Source: Bryobacterales bacterium
GTDB lineage: Bacteria > Acidobacteriota > Terriglobia > Bryobacterales > Bryobacteraceae
Direction of reading: 5' to 3'
NCBI GenBank assembly: GCA_963838885.1
Contig: CAWITB010000010.1
Location: 5,389-69,388, forward strand
Length of the DNA stretch: 64,000 bases
Numbering within the stretch: position 1 is the first letter of the stretch; each line of letters starts with the position of its first letter. Positions 59,878-64,000 of this stretch are shown here, piece after piece. A program made the position numbers and the translations under genes. The notes below the pieces were generated by a model. The model did no database searches. It was not told where the DNA came from and worked only from the letters and a program-made list of their open reading frames with translations.

Positions 59878-61173
59878 ATGACGACAGTTGCGCGATGGCA
59901 GGTTCGCGCTGTGCCTAGAAGTTCGCTTTCGATCGCGCTCATACTGTGTTGCGCCGGCGTTCAGGCTCCCGCTTCGGCGCATTCCATGGATCAAGCAGCC
60001 GTCCTGCTCGATTTCCGGGACAGCGCGATCGAAGCCGAGCTGCAGCTACCGATTGAACGATTGCAAGCCGCTATCGGCGCGCCCATCACTCAGCACAGCA
60101 TCGAGCTGGAGCCGGCTCGCATCAGGAGGTACATTCTTCGTCGTTTCTCGGCCGCCCTTCCTGACGGCCGAGAATTTGGAGCTGAAATAAACGCTCCTCT
60201 TCGTTTGTCCAGCATCGAAGGCGGTTCGTATCTCGTCGCGCGCCTTCGCCTCACGCCGCCGGCTGACGCGGGCGCAAATCTTTTCGACTTAAGGTGGGAC
60301 CCTCCTCTCGATCGCCTTCCGTCGCAGGTGATCCTGGTCTCGATCCGCACCGACTGGCGGACGAGCACATTCGCGAATAACCCGCAGTTGCTCGGAGTGC
60401 TCCGTGGCGGCAGCCGGTCCGTCCGCGTGGATCGCAGAGATGGGACGTGGTGGCGTGGCTTTGAAAGCTTGTTCAAACTCGGTATGCGCCACATCGCCGA
60501 AGGGACCGATCATCTTCTGTTCCTGCTCGTGCTGCTGCTTCCCGCGCCCCTTTTTGTTTTGCATGCGCGCTGGGCGAGCTACTCCGGAATACGCCCATGC
60601 CTTTGGCGCATCGGCAAGGTGGTCACGGCCTTCACGGCTGGACATTCCATCACTCTCGCCTCTGGCGCTATGGATCTCTTTCATGTTCCGAGCCGCCCTA
60701 TCGAGGCGCTGATCGCAGCTTCGATACTCGTTTCCGCCGTGCACGCGCTCCGTCCGTTATTTCCGGGCCGGGAAGCCGTGATCGCCGGCTGCTTCGGGCT
60801 CGTCCACGGTCTGGCGTTTGCGACAACGCTAGCCGGCCTTGGCCTCGGCCGCTGGGAACGCGCCGCTGGCATATTCGGCTTCAACGCCGGCATTGAGGCC
60901 ATGCAACTCGTAGTGGTCGCCGCCGCGTTGCCCTCACTGATTCTGTTGAGCCGGACGCGTCTGTATACGGCGATCAGAATCACCGGCGCCCTCTTTGCCG
61001 GCGCTGCCGCAACCGGATGGATTGCGCAGCGCCTCTGGAATGTTCCGAATCCCGTCGACCCGCTCGTAATGGCAATTGCCGAACGCGCCGCTTGGGTCGC
61101 GATCGGACTAACATCGCTGGGTTTTGTCGCCCGAAATTCACCGCGGCTCGGAAGGAGCTCTCTACGCAAATGA
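59878..61173 (+). CDS. HupE/UreJ-family membrane protein with N-terminal periplasmic domain
   Basis: The C-terminal half (HIAEGTDHLLFLLVLLL...FTAGHSITLA...GLVHGLAFATTL...FNAGIEAMQL) matches the HupE/UreJ pattern. Start placed at ATG 59878. Confidence 0.7.
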   Translation: MTTVARWQVRAVPRSSLSIALILCCAGVQAPASAHSMDQAAVLLDFRDSAIEAELQLPIERLQAAIGAPITQHSIELEPARIRRYILRRFSAALPDGREFGAEINAPLRLSSIEGGSYLVARLRLTPPADAGANLFDLRWDPPLDRLPSQVILVSIRTDWRTSTFANNPQLLGVLRGGSRSVRVDRRDGTWWRGFESLFKLGMRHIAEGTDHLLFLLVLLLPAPLFVLHARWASYSGIRPCLWRIGKVVTAFTAGHSITLASGAMDLFHVPSRPIEALIAASILVSAVHALRPLFPGREAVIAGCFGLVHGLAFATTLAGLGLGRWERAAGIFGFNAGIEAMQLVVVAAALPSLILLSRTRLYTAIRITGALFAGAAATGWIAQRLWNVPNPVDPLVMAIAERAAWVAIGLTSLGFVARNSPRLGRSSLRK

Positions 61174-62171
61174 TCCGATTATCAATCCTGGTTTTGTTAT
61201 CGCTATCCGCTGCCATGGCGCAAACAGCAACGTCCCGAATCGTGAGCGCCGCGAACACGTTCCTTTCGACGCTCGATCACAAACAGCGGCAAACCGTGCT
61301 GTTTGCATTCGACGATCAAAAGCAGCGGACGCGCTGGTCCAACCTCCCGGTTGCAATGATTGAACGCGCGGGGCTGAGCATGGGAGAGCTGAAAGCCGGC
61401 CAGCGTTCCGCCGCACTGGCTCTTATTGCTTCCGCGCTCAGCAGCCGGGGCTTCGAGAAGGTTCAGCAGATCATGGAAGGCGACGAGATCCTGAAGTCCA
61501 ACGAACGAAACAACCCAATATTCGGCAAGGATCTCTACTACATTTCTATCCTCGGCACGCCCTCCGAAAGCGATCCTTGGATGGTACAGTTCGGGGGCCA
61601 CCATCTCGCGCTCAATATTACTATCGCCGGTGAACGCGGCGTCCTAACGCCGACCCTGACCGGCGCACAACCTGCTCTCTACGCCATCAACGGCAAAACC
61701 GTCCGCCCACTCGGCCAGGAGAGCGATAAGGCTTTCGCGTTACTGAACGCGCTCGACGATAGTCAACGGAATCAAGCGATTCTGAGCTACCGTTTGGCCG
61801 ATCTGGTGCTCGGGCCCGGGCAAGATGGCAAAACCATCCAACCGGAGGGACTGAAAGCTTCGGCGATGAACGAGCGGCAGCGCGCCATGCTGATCGATGT
61901 CATATCGGAGTGGTCGGGCATTATTCACGCGAGCGCGGCGGCAGCGCGTATGAGGGAGCTTAAAGCCGACATCGACGAGACTTGGTTCGCGTGGAGCGGC
62001 CCGGCAACCGTTACTCCAGGGAGCAACATCACAGCCTATTACCGTATTCAGGGACCGCATCTCGTCATCGAGTACGCGCCTCAACGGCTGGGCGGCGATC
62101 CTTCGATGCACGTCCATACGATGTACCGGGATCCGACGAACGACTACGGCCGAAAGTTCACCGCAAAATGA
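61170..62171 (+). CDS. DUF3500 domain protein (secreted)
   Basis: ATG 61170 after GGAAGGAG, overlapping the upstream stop (ATGA). FLSTLDHKQRQTVLFAFDDQKQRTRWSNLP...QFGGHHLALN... matches my recollection of DUF3500. Confidence 0.7.
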   Translation: MIRLSILVLLSLSAAMAQTATSRIVSAANTFLSTLDHKQRQTVLFAFDDQKQRTRWSNLPVAMIERAGLSMGELKAGQRSAALALIASALSSRGFEKVQQIMEGDEILKSNERNNPIFGKDLYYISILGTPSESDPWMVQFGGHHLALNITIAGERGVLTPTLTGAQPALYAINGKTVRPLGQESDKAFALLNALDDSQRNQAILSYRLADLVLGPGQDGKTIQPEGLKASAMNERQRAMLIDVISEWSGIIHASAAAARMRELKADIDETWFAWSGPATVTPGSNITAYYRIQGPHLVIEYAPQRLGGDPSMHVHTMYRDPTNDYGRKFTAK

Positions 62172-62827
62172 ACGCGAGGCGCGCTTTTTCTACCGCGATT
62201 CTGTGCGCCGGGATGCCTGTTTTTGCGCACAGGTTGGACGAGTATCTGCAGGCCACGATCATGTCAGTTGAGAAAGACCGTGTTCAAGCGCAGATTTGTC
62301 TGACCCCAGGTGTCGCCGTTTTTCCGACTGTGCTTGCGGCTATCGATACCGATAGGGACGGAGTCATTTCAGAAGCCGAGCAGCGGGCTTACGCTGGGCG
62401 GGTGCTTCGGGATTTGTTAGTCACCATTGACGGCGATCCTTTGAAACCACGGCTGACCTCCCTGCAATTTCCAACAATTGAAGAGATGAAAGAAGGACGC
62501 GGCGAGATCCAGATCGAGTTCAACGCCGATCTGCCTCCGAACGGCCCCAACCGAAAACTAATCTTCGAAAATCATCACCAAAGCCAAATTGCGGCCTATC
62601 AGGTGAATTGTCTGGTTCCGCGCGATCCCGATATTCGAATCCTCGCGCAGAATCGAAATTACTCGCAGTCGCACTATGAATTGGATTATGCGCAGGCTGG
62701 CGTTCGTTCGATTCGCGACTGGCTCGGCACGGTGGCGGTGCTTCTGTTTGTGTGGCTCGCATTGTGGTGGAGCAGGAAACGGGAGAAAATCACGAACAAG
62801 TCAACACCACTTCATAACATGAACTGA
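62168..62827 (+). CDS. hypothetical protein with EF-hand-like loop and C-terminal TM anchor
   Basis: ATG 62168 overlaps the DUF3500 stop (ATGA). Signal peptide. DTDRDGVISEAE resembles a Ca-binding EF-hand loop. C-terminal WLGTVAVLLFVWLALWW. Confidence 0.5.
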   Translation: MNARRAFSTAILCAGMPVFAHRLDEYLQATIMSVEKDRVQAQICLTPGVAVFPTVLAAIDTDRDGVISEAEQRAYAGRVLRDLLVTIDGDPLKPRLTSLQFPTIEEMKEGRGEIQIEFNADLPPNGPNRKLIFENHHQSQIAAYQVNCLVPRDPDIRILAQNRNYSQSHYELDYAQAGVRSIRDWLGTVAVLLFVWLALWWSRKREKITNKSTPLHNMN

Positions 62828-62938
62828 AGACAGGTCCGCGTCTATAAACACATCGGATGCAGCGGAGAAATCCGGGCTGTCCTCGTCGGTGGTGGAGACT
62901 CCCCGCCCCGCAAGTCGAAATCAATCGTACGCCGGCCA

Positions 62939-64000
62939 CTAACCCTGGACGCGTTTCTCTTTTCCCGCCCAGAATTTCTCTCTTAAGAGAAGCTTGCGGA
63001 TCTTGCCGGTCCCCGTCTTGGGCAGCGGCTCCTCGGCAAACTCAACCACTCGCGGCAGCTTGAACTTTCCGAGGCGGCCCTCCAGAAATTCCAAAAGGGC
63101 GTCGCACGTGAGCGACGATCCCGGTTTGCGCACCACCACCGCGACCGGCACTTCGCCCCATTTTTCGTGCGGCGCGGCGACCACCGCGCATTCGAATACC
63201 TCGGGGTGCGCGAAGATGGCCTTCTCCACTTCAAGCGAGGAAATATTCTCGCCACCGCTGATGATGATCTCTTTCTTGCGGTCCACGATATGGATGTAGC
63301 CGTCCTCGTCCCACACGGCCATGTCGCCGGTATGGAACCACGGTCCGGTCATCACGGCCGCCGTCGCGTCCGGCTCCTTGTAATAACCTTCCATGATGTG
63401 ATCGCCCATGGCGACCACTTCGCCGATGGCCTGCATGTCCTTGGGAACGTCGTTCATGTGCGGATCGACCACGCGAACGCATACGCCCGGCACCGGCCAG
63501 CCGGCCATGGCGTGGCGGCGATAACGCTCCGGCCCTTCGTCCGGGATGCCGCGTTTGCGGCGCGCCGACGTGAGGACTGGCGCTGTCTCGGTAAGTCCGT
63601 AGCCTCCGAAGGCTTCACAGTGGAAAGCGGTTTCGATGCGTTCGATCAGCTCCGGCGAGGACGCGGCTCCGCCCAGCATGATCTGACGCATGCTCGACAA
63701 ATCGTATTCACCAATATCCGGAGCGTTGAGCAGCGCGTTGGCCATGGTTGGAACCAGGCTCATATGAGTGGCGCGATGCTGCTCGATTAGCTTGAATACT
63801 CCGGTGGGCTCAAAACGGCGCACCATAATCTGCTTGATGCCCAGCATGGTGGAGGCCTGCGGCCGTCCCCAGCCGTTGGCGTGAAACATCGGAATGGTGT
63901 GCAGATCCACCATGGTCTCGATTTGTTCGAAGAGTCCGCCGACCGAGAGTGCGTGAAGATATAAGGTGCGGTGGCTGAGCGTTACGCCTTTCGGCGTTCC
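62939..64000 (-). CDS. AMP-dependent synthetase/ligase (acyl-CoA synthetase), 5-prime end outside the window
   Basis: The frame is open to the window edge and reads GTPKGVTLSHRTL (AMP-binding motif), then ...YGLTET..., TGDMAVWDEDGYIHIVDRKKEIIISGGENISS..., PKTGTGKIRK. Confidence 0.85.
   Translation of the reverse strand, partial: GTPKGVTLSHRTLYLHALSVGGLFEQIETMVDLHTIPMFHANGWGRPQASTMLGIKQIMVRRFEPTGVFKLIEQHRATHMSLVPTMANALLNAPDIGEYDLSSMRQIMLGGAASSPELIERIETAFHCEAFGGYGLTETAPVLTSARRKRGIPDEGPERYRRHAMAGWPVPGVCVRVVDPHMNDVPKDMQAIGEVVAMGDHIMEGYYKEPDATAAVMTGPWFHTGDMAVWDEDGYIHIVDRKKEIIISGGENISSLEVEKAIFAHPEVFECAVVAAPHEKWGEVPVAVVVRKPGSSLTCDALLEFLEGRLGKFKLPRVVEFAEEPLPKTGTGKIRKLLLREKFWAGKEKRVQG

Overview
This is a high-GC bacterial chromosomal segment. 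Its gene content (three acidobacterial-type VWFA proteins, DUF4159, GT-C/TPR membrane proteins, many secreted hypotheticals) suggests Acidobacteriota, but that is inference only. The housekeeping backbone includes galT, osmC, thiE-modCB, glmS, rseP, dxr, glnS, gltX, purEK and icd. No rRNA, tRNA or CRISPR was recognised. The dominant feature is a tandem segmental duplication of about 9.36 kb (16943-26254 and 26303-35619). Each copy carries the same 9-10 genes: a 4-gene glycosylation operon with a TMTC/PMT-like GT-C+TPR enzyme, a lactonase, add, an alkA-like glycosylase, a VWFA protein and a decayed SnoaL-like gene. The two copies are joined by an anomalous 44-nt poly(T) tract. They differ by scattered substitutions (mostly silent in at least one gene), by clustered AT-rich patches, and by private 1-nt indels that break different genes in each copy. 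An IS3-family (IS407-group) element with a 4-bp target duplication lies just left of the duplication. A lower-GC islet with hicA, a frameshifted hicB and a decayed CHAT/caspase-like gene lies just right of it. Other relics are scrambled icd fragments 2 kb from icd, a duplicated 3-prime end of a hydroxyacid dehydrogenase gene, and a multiply frameshifted enolase-superfamily gene. Caveat: apparent frameshifts also hit glmS and dxr, which are normally essential. Many of the indels and both odd homopolymer runs may therefore be sequencing or assembly errors, so every pseudogene call is provisional. I found no convincing complete novel system. The best candidates for follow-up are the duplication junction, the duplicated glycosylation module and the hicA/CHAT-like islet.
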